Positions 62,872-64,000 of a stretch of DNA of 64,000 nt are shown here, one piece after another. Both the position numbers and the translations under genes were made by a program. The number at the start of each line of letters is the position of its first letter. The stretch's first letter is position 1. This DNA is from Phoronis australis (lineage: Eukaryota; Animalia; Phoronida), in contig NMRA01000325.1 of the NCBI GenBank assembly GCA_002633005.1, forward strand, positions 351,290-415,289. Direction: 5' to 3'. The notes under the pieces were generated by a model. It was not told the DNA's origin. It was given only the letters and a program-made list of their open reading frames with translations, and ran no database searches.

Positions 62872-63071
62872 GCCTTATTGTGGGTGCTATCATTCGATAC
62901 ACTACCAGCACCAAGGAACGCGTCTTTACAATTGCCAATGAAATCAAAGACGACGCCTTCCCCATGACCCTGAGGTTGGAAGTTAATGCTGAGAACCACT
63001 CACTCTACTACGACTATGTGTTCCAGGGACGCGCCGCTGAGTCGGGAAATGAGGCGGAGCTTGACATAAAG
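62872..63071 (+). CDS. SLC9A7: SLC9A6/7/9-group exchanger, coding exon 2 (gene continues beyond the window)
   Basis: catttcag| (G)LIVGAIIRYTTSTKERVF...PMTLRLEV...YYDYVFQG...NEAELDIK |gtgggt; phase 1 to 0, in frame with exon 1. Confidence 0.9.
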
Positions 63072-64000
63072 GTGGGTTGGGATCTATGGTTGATTTATAA
63101 TCTAAAAGTATCAACCGGTCAAGGATTGTATTGTGGTTTGAAGCTGTTGTTTCATCTCCTGTTAAAAATGACTTAATTTATATCACCATCTGTTGTAAAA
63201 CTGTTCCTTACTCTGCTTAGAAATGATTTCTGAAATAAGGTAGAAGTCTGAACACAATATAACTAATCACCAGGTCAAGCCAACTGAGTCTGGTCTCAAG
63301 GTATAATGTTCTGTTGGTTCGTCCAAACCCTTGAAATCACTTTTAATATGAACAATAAACAAGTTGGGACACATTTTATAAGTAATAAATTTTAGTTCAA
63401 AGCAAGCTTTTAGATAGATGGTGGGTACTTCAAATCGAATTGCAGTACAAAACACCTAGCTTTTTATGCTCGCTTTCTTTTAAATAAACTTCCATTCTAA
63501 AAGTCCCATATTTTAGACATGTGCAGTAACTTTCATTGAAATTAGATCCATTGTAGAGCACGAACCTTAGAACTTGATTTAAAGCCTCAGTTGATCTGCT
63601 ATGATCTTGCGTAATGGATCTGGTCACTCATGTAAGAACTCTGTTCACACTGCATGGCAATCAAATCCATGATCCAGTATAGGAGGGATGGGAACCAGTG
63701 TTTGAAAAATGGTACGATACTGATAGGCCTACTAGAAATTTGGTGCCTTGTCTGCTTTGATGCTCATGGCAAGTACAATATACATACCAAAGACATGTAC
63801 ATTTTGTGTTGTTAGCTGTCTTTATAAATGTGTCTGCATGTGGATGTTCATTCACATTCAGAATAAGCCAGCTACTGGACCACAAATAAGTCTGAGGTGA
63901 ACCATGCAGCTTCTGTGTTGTTTTTGATGTAATGAGTAACCTACCATGCCCGCACAATTTTCAAGGGATGAATTGACCCAGACAATGTAGTATATCCATT

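Overview
AT-rich, intron-rich animal (invertebrate-type) genomic DNA with three host genes. (1) A Spot14/MID1IP1-family gene with an uninterrupted CDS (376-777, minus). (2) A complete five-LIM PINCH/LIMS gene (minus), reconstructed by hand from nine phase-consistent GT-AG core exons (22752 down to 9883), with several candidate alternative first exons further upstream. (3) The first two coding exons of an endosomal Na+/H+ exchanger (SLC9A6/7/9 group, plus, from 58354), oriented head-to-head with PINCH. The most interesting signal is missing from the ORF track: a second, divergent but intact copy of the exon encoding the first zinc finger of PINCH LIM1, the ILK-binding domain (19477-19575). It has the same phases and strong splice signals, so it looks like a mutually exclusive or cassette exon that could combine with several phase-matched first exons. 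The remainder is transposon-derived: a Kolobok-like THAP element, a possible Academ-like TIR element between the two divergent genes, a pogo-like non-autonomous element, Penelope-like fragments, a 5'-truncated LINE, MITEs, tRNA-like SINE heads and short tandem repeats. Exon coordinates were read by eye; TE superfamily names are inferences from termini, target-site duplications and recalled motifs, with no database search.
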